In this document: positions 36,260-45,465 of the stretch, piece after piece
Layout: each line of letters begins with the position of its first letter
How positions within the stretch are numbered: position 1 is the first letter of the stretch
Origin: Candidatus Pacearchaeota archaeon
GTDB taxonomy: Archaea; Nanobdellota; Nanobdellia; Pacearchaeales; GW2011-AR1
DNA: 64,000 nt
Direction: 5' to 3'
NCBI GenBank assembly: GCA_017609405.1
Contig: JAFCDZ010000001.1
Coordinates: 98,561-162,560 of the forward strand
Notes under the pieces: model-generated
What the model was told of the DNA's origin: nothing
What the model saw: the letters and a program-made list of their open reading frames with translations, nothing else
Database searches by the model: none
Translations under genes and position numbers: made by a program

Positions 36260-37189
36260 TTAATGCTCTAATAATTCAAGTAATTTAGAAACATCAACTT
36301 CCTCAACTTTATCTATAATAAATTCTAGATTGTTAAACAATCGATTCCTTCTTATTGTCCCTGAAAAAAAGAATTCTTTTCCAAGTAAAGAATCTTTTTT
36401 GATTGAGGCCTCCTCTTCATTTGAGATATCTAACCCCAAAGAATTAAGAAGATCATTAAAAATAACAGTTCTTAAAGTACCTGTTCCATCATCAATCACT
36501 AAATTTAACAAAGCTCTTTTTTCAGGAGATACTTTCCCATGTTCAGGGCATTCTCCAATCTCATTCACTCTTTTCCCACATTCAGGGCAAACTTCAAAAA
36601 ACCTTATAGGAAAAACCTGGACAATAAAAGCCCTCACACTAACTTTTTCACCTTCAGAGATATCTGAAATCTTTCTTTCCCTATAAGAAGGCTCCAATCG
36701 AACTTCTGTAATAACTTCATCACTAAGCTTTAACTCTGAAAAACTTCCAAGGTGAATCTCAGAACCCCTCATACTCCCTCTTGAAATTTCAACAATTGAA
36801 CCCTCTTTAATTGTCCCATCTTCTATTTTTGCTATGTGTTTAGTATCCCAAATAACAACCCGAATATTTGATGTTTCGTCAGCAATAATTAAATTAGCGA
36901 CTTTGTTTTCAATCCCCTCGCGAACATAAGTCCTAACTGGAAAAAGTTGGATAACTTTTCCAATAACACTAACATTCCTCATTCCTGGAAGCAATTCATC
37001 AATTTTCAGCTTCTCATTATCAAAAGAAACCCCTAATTCTGAAGCAACTATTTGTGCTGCCCCCTCCTTACTAATCAAACCAGATAATTTAGCTCTTTTT
37101 GCTTCAACCCTCCTCTCAAGATCCTCAACACTAACGCCAGAAACTCTTGAAATTCTTTCAAGAACTTTTTGATAATTCTCATCACTCAT
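36260..37189 (-). CDS. rpa: replication protein A-like ssDNA-binding protein (OB folds plus zinc ribbon)
   Basis: N-terminal SGLISKEGAAQIVASELGV helical domain, two OB-like segments and CPECGKRVNEIGECPEHG. Start set at MSDENYQK. Confidence 0.7.
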   Translation of the reverse strand: MSDENYQKVLERISRVSGVSVEDLERRVEAKRAKLSGLISKEGAAQIVASELGVSFDNEKLKIDELLPGMRNVSVIGKVIQLFPVRTYVREGIENKVANLIIADETSNIRVVIWDTKHIAKIEDGTIKEGSIVEISRGSMRGSEIHLGSFSELKLSDEVITEVRLEPSYRERKISDISEGEKVSVRAFIVQVFPIRFFEVCPECGKRVNEIGECPEHGKVSPEKRALLNLVIDDGTGTLRTVIFNDLLNSLGLDISNEEEASIKKDSLLGKEFFFSGTIRRNRLFNNLEFIIDKVEEVDVSKLLELLEH

Positions 37190-37290
37190 CACACTAAAAA
37201 ACAATAAGCCTATTTAAGTATTATTATAATAAAGTTAAAAACAAAGAATAGAAAAGGAAGATTTAAAAACCCCTTTCTCTACACTCAAAC

Positions 37291-37563
37291 ATGGGAGTAA
37301 TGGGAATAAAAATCAAGATAATGCCAGAATCACCAGATACAAATCTGGAAGAATTAAAAAACAATATAAAAGAGATTATTGAAAAACAAGGTGGAAAGAA
37401 CTGCCAGTTTGAAGAACAACCAATTGCTTTTGGTCTAACAGCAGTAATTGCTTTCTTCGCTTGGGATGAAGATAAAGAACTAGAAGATTTAGAAAAAGAA
37501 TTAAAAGAAATTCCAAATGTCAATTCCGCAGAAGTTATAGATATGAGACGAGCATTTGGATAA
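37291..37563 (+). CDS. ef1b: elongation factor aEF-1 beta
   Basis: 90 aa. MGVMGIKIKIMPESPDTNLEEL...FGLTAVIAFF...AEVIDMRRAFG is typical of aEF-1beta. Confidence 0.85.
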   Translation: MGVMGIKIKIMPESPDTNLEELKNNIKEIIEKQGGKNCQFEEQPIAFGLTAVIAFFAWDEDKELEDLEKELKEIPNVNSAEVIDMRRAFG

Positions 37564-37702
37564 AGAGTATCTTTCTTCAGTGTAAAATATTGATTACTTT
37601 GTCCAAGTGGGAGTAGAGCATTTGGATAAAGAGTATCTTTCTTCAGTGTAAAATATTGATTACTTTGTCCAAGTGGGAGTAGAGCATTTGGATAAAGAGT
37701 AT
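37551..37702. repeat. 66-bp tandem direct repeat, 2 full copies plus about 20 nt of a third
   Basis: Unit AGCATTTGGATAAAGAGTATCTTTCTTCAGTGTAAAATATTGATTACTTTGTCCAAGTGGGAGTAG starts at 37551, 37617 and 37683. The first copy contains the last codons and stop of ef1b. Confidence 0.9.
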
Positions 37703-37725
37703 TTTTTCAAAGAATCTACTAAGAA

Positions 37726-38262
37726 TCACCAGCGACTAACAAACTTATTTCCTTTAATATAAAATCTTAATTTTTCTGGCAAATCTTTTGTAACTCCTAT
37801 TCTAAAACTTTTAACAATCTCAAACTCTTCATTATCTGCTGACTCTTCAACCCATAATAAATTTTTTTCATCTTGAAATTTTCCATGAAATTCGTCATTA
37901 ATTTTAAGAGCAGAAGTGAGCAAACCTGGACCAGATGTTTTTGCTTCAAAATTCAATGGCTCAACAGCTCTTATTAAAACAGCACTTGCCACTCCTTTTT
38001 TTCCACTAACAAAATTAAGCATTTTATATTTATGAACATTATAAACTAAAATCTTTCCTGGCTCTTGTTTCATCATTTTACTTACTTTATTTTCTCCTTT
38101 GCTCGCTCTTGAAGCAGGATCTTTCTCATCAAAATAAGCTTCAGTTTCAACGATTTTTGCTTTTAACACATTATTATCAATCTTCCTGCACAACACCTTT
38201 CCAAGAAGCTCTCTTGCAACAATATCTGCATCTCTTGCAAAAAAATCTTTTCCCAGTTTCAT
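37726..38262 (-). CDS. mpg: DNA-3-methyladenine glycosylase (Mpg/AAG family)
   Basis: FFARDADIVARELLGKVL, IVETEAY, DPASRA, PGKILVYNVHKYKMLNFV and AVLIRAVEP motifs. Start set at MKLGKDFF. Confidence 0.8.
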   Translation of the reverse strand: MKLGKDFFARDADIVARELLGKVLCRKIDNNVLKAKIVETEAYFDEKDPASRASKGENKVSKMMKQEPGKILVYNVHKYKMLNFVSGKKGVASAVLIRAVEPLNFEAKTSGPGLLTSALKINDEFHGKFQDEKNLLWVEESADNEEFEIVKSFRIGVTKDLPEKLRFYIKGNKFVSRW

Positions 38263-38299
38263 AAATCTTTTAAGTAAAATAAGTTTAAAAAATAATAGA

Positions 38300-39214
38300 A
38301 TGCCAATCAATGCCCATCCTGATTATCTTGCAGCTGAAAAGGAGTATCTAGCAGCGCAGACTTTAGAAGAAAAAATAGAGAAACTCAAAAAAATGATTTC
38401 TTTATCTCCAGGTCATAAAGGAGCAGAAAATTTAAGAGCACAATTAAGAACAAGGCTAAAAAAACTTTTAGAAAAACAAGAAAAATCAAAGAAAAAACCA
38501 GTTTCAAAACAAGGAATAAAAAAACATGATATGCAAGCAGTTTTAGTTGGAAAAGAAAATTCTGGAAAAAGCTCTTTATTAAAATTATTAACAAACGCTG
38601 AGCCAAAAATTTCTGAGCTTCCTTTCACAACAACAGAGCCACAAATTGGAATGCTTGAATATGCAGGAACACAAATACAATTAATTGAAAACCCTGCAAT
38701 AGACTCTGAAAATTATGATAAAGGATTAACTAACAATACTGATACAATTCTTATAATTGTAACAAGAATAGAAGAAATTGAAGAGATTTTAAATAAAATA
38801 AATGCCAATCAAGCTAAAAAAATAATTGTTTTTAACAAAATAGATGTTCTAAACCAAAACCAAAAAAGAAAATTAGAAGCATATTTATCTTCAAAAAAAT
38901 ATAATTATATCTTAATCTCAACTAAAACTCCGGAAGGAATTGAAGAATTAAAAGGAAAAATTTTCCAAAGTTTTGACAAGATAAGAATTTATACAAAAGA
39001 GCCTGGAAAAGAAATTGAGATTAATCAAGAGGTTCCTTTAGTTCTCCCAAGAGATTCAACAATAAAAGATGTCGCTGAAAAGATATTAAAAGGATTTAGT
39101 GAACAAATAAAAGAAACAAGAATTTGGGGTCCATCAAGCAAATTCCCTGGACAAGTTGTTGGATTAAAACATATCGTAGAGGATATGGATATTGTAGAAT
39201 TTAAAACAAAATAA
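38300..39214 (+). CDS. DRG/Obg-like GTP-binding protein with C-terminal TGS domain
   Basis: G1 GKENSGKSSLL, G2 PFTTTEPQIG, G4 FNKID, and a TGS-like end (PGQVVGLKHIVEDMDIVEF). G3 is atypical (IENPA). Confidence 0.75.
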   Translation: MPINAHPDYLAAEKEYLAAQTLEEKIEKLKKMISLSPGHKGAENLRAQLRTRLKKLLEKQEKSKKKPVSKQGIKKHDMQAVLVGKENSGKSSLLKLLTNAEPKISELPFTTTEPQIGMLEYAGTQIQLIENPAIDSENYDKGLTNNTDTILIIVTRIEEIEEILNKINANQAKKIIVFNKIDVLNQNQKRKLEAYLSSKKYNYILISTKTPEGIEELKGKIFQSFDKIRIYTKEPGKEIEINQEVPLVLPRDSTIKDVAEKILKGFSEQIKETRIWGPSSKFPGQVVGLKHIVEDMDIVEFKTK

Positions 39215-39258
39215 AGTTATTCAAAAAATCAAAGTATTCCTAAAAATTAATGAAAAAT

Positions 39259-39813
39259 TTAATGAAGAACTAATTTATTAATCTGCCCTCCAGAAACTTC
39301 AATAGCATCATAATTAAGATTATATTTCTCTGGAGAAACAAGAATATTTATAAGAGTTTGAAGAGAATTGTAATCCTTTGCATAAACAAAGAGAGAATTT
39401 TTTTCAGAATCATAAACAACAATTGCTTCCTTATCTTTTGCTAAATCAGAGTAAGGAATATTTTTCCCAAAAAAATTATATCCAATAAATATTTTATTAT
39501 TAAAATTACTTATTTCTGACTCTTTATAAGAATCTGAAGAAATTCTATATTTTGCAGAAAACCTTGAAGCTTGTTGAATTTCATGAGGAGTTGCTGCTTC
39601 GCGAACAACAATTGAAAATAAAGAAGGATTTAATTTAACATCTAATAAAAAAGAATTTATAGAATCTTGTTCTGGATTAAAATAAACAGGAATAAAGGAT
39701 TTAAGAAAAAAGAAAAATATTAAAAAAACTAAAACTGCAAAAAGGGTTACAAAAAAAACTTTAAATAAGACTGCAGAGCTATCACCATAAGAATATTCTT
39801 GATCAAAATTCAT
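39259..39813 (-). CDS. hypothetical N-terminally anchored protein
   Basis: 184-aa ORF with one TM segment (VFFVTLFAVLVFLIFFFF). Confidence 0.5.
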   Translation of the reverse strand: MNFDQEYSYGDSSAVLFKVFFVTLFAVLVFLIFFFFLKSFIPVYFNPEQDSINSFLLDVKLNPSLFSIVVREAATPHEIQQASRFSAKYRISSDSYKESEISNFNNKIFIGYNFFGKNIPYSDLAKDKEAIVVYDSEKNSLFVYAKDYNSLQTLINILVSPEKYNLNYDAIEVSGGQINKLVLH

Positions 39814-39865
39814 ATTATTAAAAAGAGTTATAAACTTTATAAAGATTTCTAAATAGAATAATAAA

Positions 39866-40489
39866 ATGAATGAAAAAATAATTATAGATTATAGAGAAAA
39901 AAATTCTCTCATAGCGTCAATTCTAATAAAAAACGGATTAAAAATAGAATTCAGAGAATTAAAAATAGGGGATTATTTAGTAAAAGATACAATAATTGAA
40001 AGAAAAACAATTGAAGATTTTTTAGCATCAATGCTCAATAAAAGATTGATTTCTCAGCTAGAATCTCTTAAAGAATTAAAAAATAAAATATTACTTATAG
40101 AAGGTTTTGAAGAAAAAGATATTTATACAGAAAGGCAGATATCTCCTAATGCCATACGAGGATTTTTAATTTCAATTCTACTAAAAGATAAAGTTCCAAT
40201 AATTTTTACAAAAAATCCAGAAGACTCTGCAAAATTTATTGAGATTATCTTTAAAAAACAAGAAAAATCAATTTCATTAAGAGAAAATAAAAAAACAAAA
40301 GACCTCAAAGAAAGAGTAGAGTATATTTTAGAAGGCTTTCCAGGAATTGGACCAAAAACAGCAAAAAAACTAATAGAAAATTTTGGCTCATTAAAAAAAA
40401 TCATAAATGCTCCAGAAGAAGACTTAAAAAAAGTTTTAGGAAAGAAATATGAGGGGTTTAAAAAGATAGTTGAAAAAGAAATAGTTTAG
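39866..40489 (+). CDS. xpf: ERCC4-type nuclease (XPF/Hef nuclease domain plus HhH2), short form
   Basis: IIIDYREKNS, GDYLV, IERKTIEDFLASM and the C-terminal LEGFPGIGPKTAKKLIENFGSL. Confidence 0.8.
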   Translation: MNEKIIIDYREKNSLIASILIKNGLKIEFRELKIGDYLVKDTIIERKTIEDFLASMLNKRLISQLESLKELKNKILLIEGFEEKDIYTERQISPNAIRGFLISILLKDKVPIIFTKNPEDSAKFIEIIFKKQEKSISLRENKKTKDLKERVEYILEGFPGIGPKTAKKLIENFGSLKKIINAPEEDLKKVLGKKYEGFKKIVEKEIV

Positions 40490-41031
40490 CTATTTAACCC
40501 AAACTCTTCCAAAACCTTATAAATTGGTCCTTGAGGAGTTAACTCAGATTTCATTAATAAGAATTTATTTACTTCAAACTCCTGTTTTTTAATTTTAATC
40601 CCTCTGATTTTATTCAAGAAAGTTTCTCTATCTTTTACTGCTTTAACTCTTGCTACAGTAATATGTGGAACAAAGTCTGTTTCAAGAGGGAAACCAGATT
40701 CTAACAATTTCTTATCAACTAACATTTTTAATTCTTTAACTTTTTCAGAAATAAATTCAACAAATATGACTTTTATATAATTCTCAGAAGGAAAAAAACC
40801 AACCTCTCCAGTTTCAGCAACAAAAGATTCAAATTTAATCTCTCTAAGTTTTTCTCTTATTTTTTCTACTTGCTCTTCTGATAACTCTCCTAAAAATCTT
40901 AAAGTAAGATGAATGTTTTTACTTTCAACTAATTTCAAAGATGCAGCTCCAAACTCTCTAAGATGCTCAAACTTAGAAGAAATTTCTCTTCTTGCTTCAT
41001 CCTCAATTGGAACAGCAATAAAAACCCTCAT
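40486..41031 (-). CDS. thpR: RNA 2',3'-cyclic phosphodiesterase (2H family, ThpR/LigT)
   Basis: Two HxT motifs (HLTLRFLGE and HITVARV). 181 aa. Confidence 0.8.
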   Translation of the reverse strand: MRVFIAVPIEDEARREISSKFEHLREFGAASLKLVESKNIHLTLRFLGELSEEQVEKIREKLREIKFESFVAETGEVGFFPSENYIKVIFVEFISEKVKELKMLVDKKLLESGFPLETDFVPHITVARVKAVKDRETFLNKIRGIKIKKQEFEVNKFLLMKSELTPQGPIYKVLEEFGLNS

Positions 41032-41855
41032 ATTAATTCTGCCAAAAGTTTAGCCCCAAGTTTAACTGTAAAATCATTAACATCTTTTTCAGGATTAATC
41101 TCTACAACATCAATTGCTCTTAAATTTTTAAGATTCTTTATTCTTTGCAAAAGATAAATTAATTCTCTTGAACTTAAACCTCCGGGCTCCTGATAATATG
41201 TTCCTGGAGCAAAAACAGGGTCTAAAACATCAATATCCAAAGAAAGATATGTTTTTCTTCCTTGTGTAAATTCCATTATAGTATCTGCAATATTATCGAT
41301 GTCTTCTAAAATAGAATTAATTGAAATTATTTTAATTTTATTTTCTTTGATAAAATCAGATTCATGAATATCAGAATTTCTCACACCAATCAATAAAATA
41401 TTTTCTTTTGGAAAACCATCCTCAATTAATTGTCTAAGCCATTCTTCATGAGTTGGCATGCTTTTATCAACCGAAGGCATTAAATCAGGATGAGCATCAA
41501 AAACAATTAAACAAGTTTCTTCTTGTTTTTTATTAAAAAATTCAAAAAAAGCTTTAGCAAGAGGATAACTAATAGAGTGGTCTCCTCCTAAAAAAATAAT
41601 TTTCTCTTCTTTAGAAAAAAACTCTTTTGCTTTAGAATAAATGCGCTCATTTGATTCAAATGGAATGTCATTATTTAACTCTAATTTTTCTATTTTTAAT
41701 TCCTCAGAATTAATTGGTTCAAAAAACTCATTTGAAAAAATTTCCTCTTTAAGCTTCTTTAAAATCTCTTCTCCTGCTTTCTCGCATCCTTTTGTCCTTC
41801 CTAACCCATTTATTCCCTGAACATTCACAATAAAAGGAATATTTTCATCTACCAT
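41028..41855 (-). CDS. speB: arginase-family hydrolase, probable agmatinase
   Basis: GGDHSISYP, FDAHPDL and LSLDIDVLDP metal-binding motifs. Confidence 0.8.
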   Translation of the reverse strand: MVDENIPFIVNVQGINGLGRTKGCEKAGEEILKKLKEEIFSNEFFEPINSEELKIEKLELNNDIPFESNERIYSKAKEFFSKEEKIIFLGGDHSISYPLAKAFFEFFNKKQEETCLIVFDAHPDLMPSVDKSMPTHEEWLRQLIEDGFPKENILLIGVRNSDIHESDFIKENKIKIISINSILEDIDNIADTIMEFTQGRKTYLSLDIDVLDPVFAPGTYYQEPGGLSSRELIYLLQRIKNLKNLRAIDVVEINPEKDVNDFTVKLGAKLLAELI

Positions 41856-42112
41856 AAGAAAATAAAAAAAAGAAAGTTTAAAAGATTATTCTATTCTATG
41901 CTCCATAAGAAAGTTAGTTTAATTAAATAAAGGTTAATGAATAATCTTCAGCAAGGTTTAATTCTTAAGTTTGATTCAACAAGTGCTTTATTTTATTAAC
42001 CACCAAATTAAATAAAGCCCCCTATTTAATAAACCCCACAAAGATATTTTAAACAAAAATAAATTTTCAACATAAATAACACAACAGAAAAATAAACACT
42101 CAAAAAGAAAAT

Positions 42113-42337
42113 TTATAAAAATCTTTTGATATGAATAAAGAAATCTATAATTCCTATAAGAAAAAAGAATAATCCAACAAGAATAATTAATAATCCAAAG
42201 AGAACTGATGATTGGGAAATAAATCCAACACCCATAATAAAGAAAAGTAAACCAATGAAAATTCCAAGAGGATCTCCAATAAACCAAGGTAATCTAACAG
42301 AAGCTCCTGGACGTGATGAACCAAAATTTATTCCCAT
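42113..42337 (-). CDS. small membrane protein
   Basis: 74 aa with two TM segments, 1 nt downstream of the bPH2 gene. The overlapping ORF 41988..42287 was rejected. Confidence 0.5.
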   Translation of the reverse strand: MGINFGSSRPGASVRLPWFIGDPLGIFIGLLFFIMGVGFISQSSVLFGLLIILVGLFFFLIGIIDFFIHIKRFL

Positions 42338-42338
42338 T

Positions 42339-42854
42339 TTAGAGCCCCTTACCTAAAGAAATTTTTTTTAATAAAAATTCTCGAATTTTTTCAGCTTCAC
42401 TAACTGAAACTCCTGGTATATATCCTTCTGAAAATAATCCTTGTGAACCATAAGGATATCCAGAATACCCTGCAGTTTGAATATTTAATGAAGAATAACC
42501 TGATAAACGAGCGAGAATCCCTCGATTTATATCAATATTTTGAATTCTTGAATAAGGAATACTTTTATATGTCTTAAAAATAACTCCTTTTTCTATTTTA
42601 AGTTCTTTATCAGTAAATTCATATTTCCAATTGTTATAACTCAACCTCACAAAAACCTCTGCAATTCCAAAAAATAACAAAAAGAAAAATAAAGCAGAGA
42701 ATAAAATAGCAAAGGTAAAAGAACTTGTTTGTCCTTTAAACACCACTGAAAATAAAGAAAAAGAAAAGACAAGAGCTACAAAAAATAATACCAGAGCAGT
42801 AAAATAATAACCAATTCTAAAAGACCACCTAACACCTGGATGTAAATGATTCAT
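42339..42854 (-). CDS. membrane-flanked bacterial-type PH domain protein (YdbS/bPH_2-like)
   Basis: Two N-terminal TM segments, then WKYEFTDKELKIEKGVIFKTYKSIPYSRIQNIDINRGILARLSGYSSLNIQTAG. Confidence 0.7.
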   Translation of the reverse strand: MNHLHPGVRWSFRIGYYFTALVLFFVALVFSFSLFSVVFKGQTSSFTFAILFSALFFFLLFFGIAEVFVRLSYNNWKYEFTDKELKIEKGVIFKTYKSIPYSRIQNIDINRGILARLSGYSSLNIQTAGYSGYPYGSQGLFSEGYIPGVSVSEAEKIREFLLKKISLGKGL

Positions 42855-43129
42855 AATAAATTAAAAAAGAATATCTTTTTAAAGATTTCTAATAAATTAA
42901 ATTTATAGAGAAAGAGAATTGTATTATCTAAAATTAGGTTAGAAGATGTTGAATCTACAAAGATATTAAAAAATAACACCATTTCAAGAAACTCTCATAC
43001 AAGCCTAAAAAATTTTAAAAAAAGAAGAAAAAATAAGACAAAAACCAAAAAATTTTCAAAAAAATACCTAATAATATCTAAATAATTCTAAGGGTATATA
43101 TTATTAGTTTGATTTTAGGTAGAGATAAA

Positions 43130-43705
43130 ATGATTTACTTAGAAAGAGAATTACAAAAAGAAGGAATAAAGGGAAGAGGACCAATAGTTGTTAAAGCATG
43201 GGGGTGGAAAATGATTAGTAGCGTATATAATCTCGCAAAGAGAGAATTGGGAATAAATAATCAAGAAGCTGATAAATTTCTAGACGTAGTTCATGCAGGA
43301 GGGGGAGAATATAAGATAGTAATCTATCCAAATAATCCTTATAAAGCATTTAGAATATGTCAAGGTCTAATAAGAATTATAGAAAAGAATGCAACAAAAA
43401 ATGAAATAACTCCAAATGATATAATAAGCGGCCTATGGATATTTGAAAAAGATATTAGATTTAAAGCAAGAGAAATAGTTGATGAACTTATAACATCTCC
43501 AGAAAGAGAACGCCTTCATGAATTAAGACGTGAAGAAAGAATAAGAATAAAAAGAAGATATTATGAATTAAGAAGAACATATGAAAGAGCAGGAAGATAT
43601 GTAGAGAAAATGTTCAGGCAGTCAGGAAGGCTCCATTATGAAATAGAAGCGAGTTTGCCCCCTCCTTCAGCTAACCCTACGGATCTTTGCCCTTACCCTG
43701 GATAG
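43130..43705 (+). CDS. hypothetical Arg-rich protein
   Basis: The track ORF begins at TTG 43109. I prefer ATG 43130 (MIYLEREL). The C-terminal third is a basic helix (RERLHELRREERIRIKRRYYELRR). No family recognised. Confidence 0.5.
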   Translation: MIYLERELQKEGIKGRGPIVVKAWGWKMISSVYNLAKRELGINNQEADKFLDVVHAGGGEYKIVIYPNNPYKAFRICQGLIRIIEKNATKNEITPNDIISGLWIFEKDIRFKAREIVDELITSPERERLHELRREERIRIKRRYYELRRTYERAGRYVEKMFRQSGRLHYEIEASLPPPSANPTDLCPYPG

Positions 43706-43789
43706 TTTTTTGGGACGATCCAGATTAACAACAACTAAATATTTTTAAAAATTCGGGTAATCCATAAAAAAGTTTTCAAAAAATACAAA

Positions 43790-44989
43790 CTAATAAGGCA
43801 ACAACTCAAAGAAATTATGTTCTTTAAGAATTTGTTTCACTAATTTTTTAACATCTTCAACCCTAACTTCTTTAATCTTCTTCTCAAATTCATAAGCATC
43901 TTCTGCTTTTGATACAATTTCCCAAGATAAAAGATTAAGCATCTGAGCCTGAGAATCCTCTGTTTCTAAAATATAATTTCCTATTAATTGCTCTTTAACT
44001 TGAGCAAGCTCTTTCTCAGACAAATCTTCAAGAAGCTTTTCAAACTCTTTAACAATAATTTTCTTTACCTCATCAACTTTTTCTTTCATTGTCCCAACAT
44101 AAATAAATCCATGAGGAAAATACTTATTAATTTCTACCTCTCCTTTAACAGAATAAGCTAAGTTTCTTTTTTCTCTGATTTCTAAAAATAATCTTGAAGA
44201 CATTCCTTGAGCCATTAAAGTATTCAAAAGCCTTGCACTATAAGACAGATTCTCAGGAATATGATAACAAAAAACTAAATTTGCCTGGTCAATGCCTTTT
44301 CTTTTTTCAACAAAAGATTCATTTCTCTTTTTAACCTTTAATCCCCCAATTTTTTTCCCCATGAAAGAGAAGTTAGCCTCTGCAAATTTGACTATTTCAT
44401 CAAAATTAGCATTTCCAACAACAACTAAAATTAAATTTTCTGGAGAATAAACTTCTTTAAATTTTGAAATTAATTTTTTCTTGTCAATAGAACTCAAAGA
44501 ATCAAAAGTTCCAATCAAATTAATACTCAAAGGGGGCTCAAATAAGCATTTCTCAAGATTATCAAACACATAAGTTATTGGAGAATCTTTTCTCATCTTC
44601 ATTTCCTCAATAATAACTTGTCTTTCTTTTTCAATCTCTTTTTCATCAAAAAGAGGATTTTTAATTAAATCAGAAAGAACATCTAAAACAATATTCAAAT
44701 GCTCTGAAGGCATTTTGCACCAATAAGCTGTAATAAGTTGGTCGGTAAAACCATTTAATTCCCCCCCATTCTTTTCAATCTCTTCTGCAATTTGTTTATT
44801 AGTCCTATTTTTTGTTCCTTTGTAAAGCATATGCTCAATAAAATGATGAATCCCTTTCTCTTTTTCAGATTCATAAGCACCCCCACTTCTAACAGCAAAA
44901 GCAACACTCACAACTGGAAAGTTCCTTTTCTCAAAAAGAATCGTCATTCCATTACCTAAAACTTTTTTCTTAAAATTTGAAGCATCCAT
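43790..44989 (-). CDS. M16-family (pitrilysin/insulinase-like) zinc peptidase
   Basis: Inverted zinc motif HFIEHMLYKGT (HxxEH). Two-lobed length of 399 aa. Confidence 0.8.
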   Translation of the reverse strand: MDASNFKKKVLGNGMTILFEKRNFPVVSVAFAVRSGGAYESEKEKGIHHFIEHMLYKGTKNRTNKQIAEEIEKNGGELNGFTDQLITAYWCKMPSEHLNIVLDVLSDLIKNPLFDEKEIEKERQVIIEEMKMRKDSPITYVFDNLEKCLFEPPLSINLIGTFDSLSSIDKKKLISKFKEVYSPENLILVVVGNANFDEIVKFAEANFSFMGKKIGGLKVKKRNESFVEKRKGIDQANLVFCYHIPENLSYSARLLNTLMAQGMSSRLFLEIREKRNLAYSVKGEVEINKYFPHGFIYVGTMKEKVDEVKKIIVKEFEKLLEDLSEKELAQVKEQLIGNYILETEDSQAQMLNLLSWEIVSKAEDAYEFEKKIKEVRVEDVKKLVKQILKEHNFFELLPY

Positions 44990-45026
44990 AAACCTAAATT
45001 AAAAAAAGAGTATATAAAATTAAGTA

Positions 45027-45386
45027 TTAAATTGAATTTCTAACTCTCGCAAAAGGGCTTTCTTCAAAGACCCAAACTTCCCTCCCTCCAGATTCTCCAA
45101 GTTCCTTCTCAAGATTTCTTAATCTATAACCAAAAGACTCAAGATGCATAGTTCTCCTTCTTCCTGAAACATCATAAACAATCTTATCATCTTCTGTATT
45201 TAAACATAAAACTGTAGGAGTCCCATCTTCACACAACATCTGTAATGTGCTTATAATCACATAAGAATCAACTCTCATATATTTTTTCACTTGCTCAGGA
45301 GTTATCTTAGCTCTTTCACTATCTCGACTTACTCTGTTACGAGAAGCATTGTAAGCCCTAATCCAAGATTCCAATTGCTTGTCCAT
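45027..45386 (-). CDS. hypothetical protein (Arg more frequent than Lys)
   Basis: 119-aa ORF with no recognised domain. By hand count it has 14 Arg and 8 Lys, unlike most neighbouring proteins. Confidence 0.5.
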   Translation of the reverse strand: MDKQLESWIRAYNASRNRVSRDSERAKITPEQVKKYMRVDSYVIISTLQMLCEDGTPTVLCLNTEDDKIVYDVSGRRRTMHLESFGYRLRNLEKELGESGGREVWVFEESPFARVRNSI

Positions 45387-45465
45387 AATTCAAAATAGAA
45401 TTAACCCTTTATAAATCTTTCTATTTTAACTACTTAAGAATAGTTACAGAATACAATCAAAAACC

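Noticed and set aside
37551-37702. CRISPR-like array
   Set aside because: The copies are directly adjacent with no unique spacers, and there are only about 2.3 copies. It is a tandem duplication. No cas genes are present in the window.
41988-42287. 99-aa minus-strand ORF
   Set aside because: It overlaps the better-supported 74-aa membrane ORF 42113..42337, which is coupled to the upstream bPH2 gene. Its translation is W/Y/F/C-rich and implausible.
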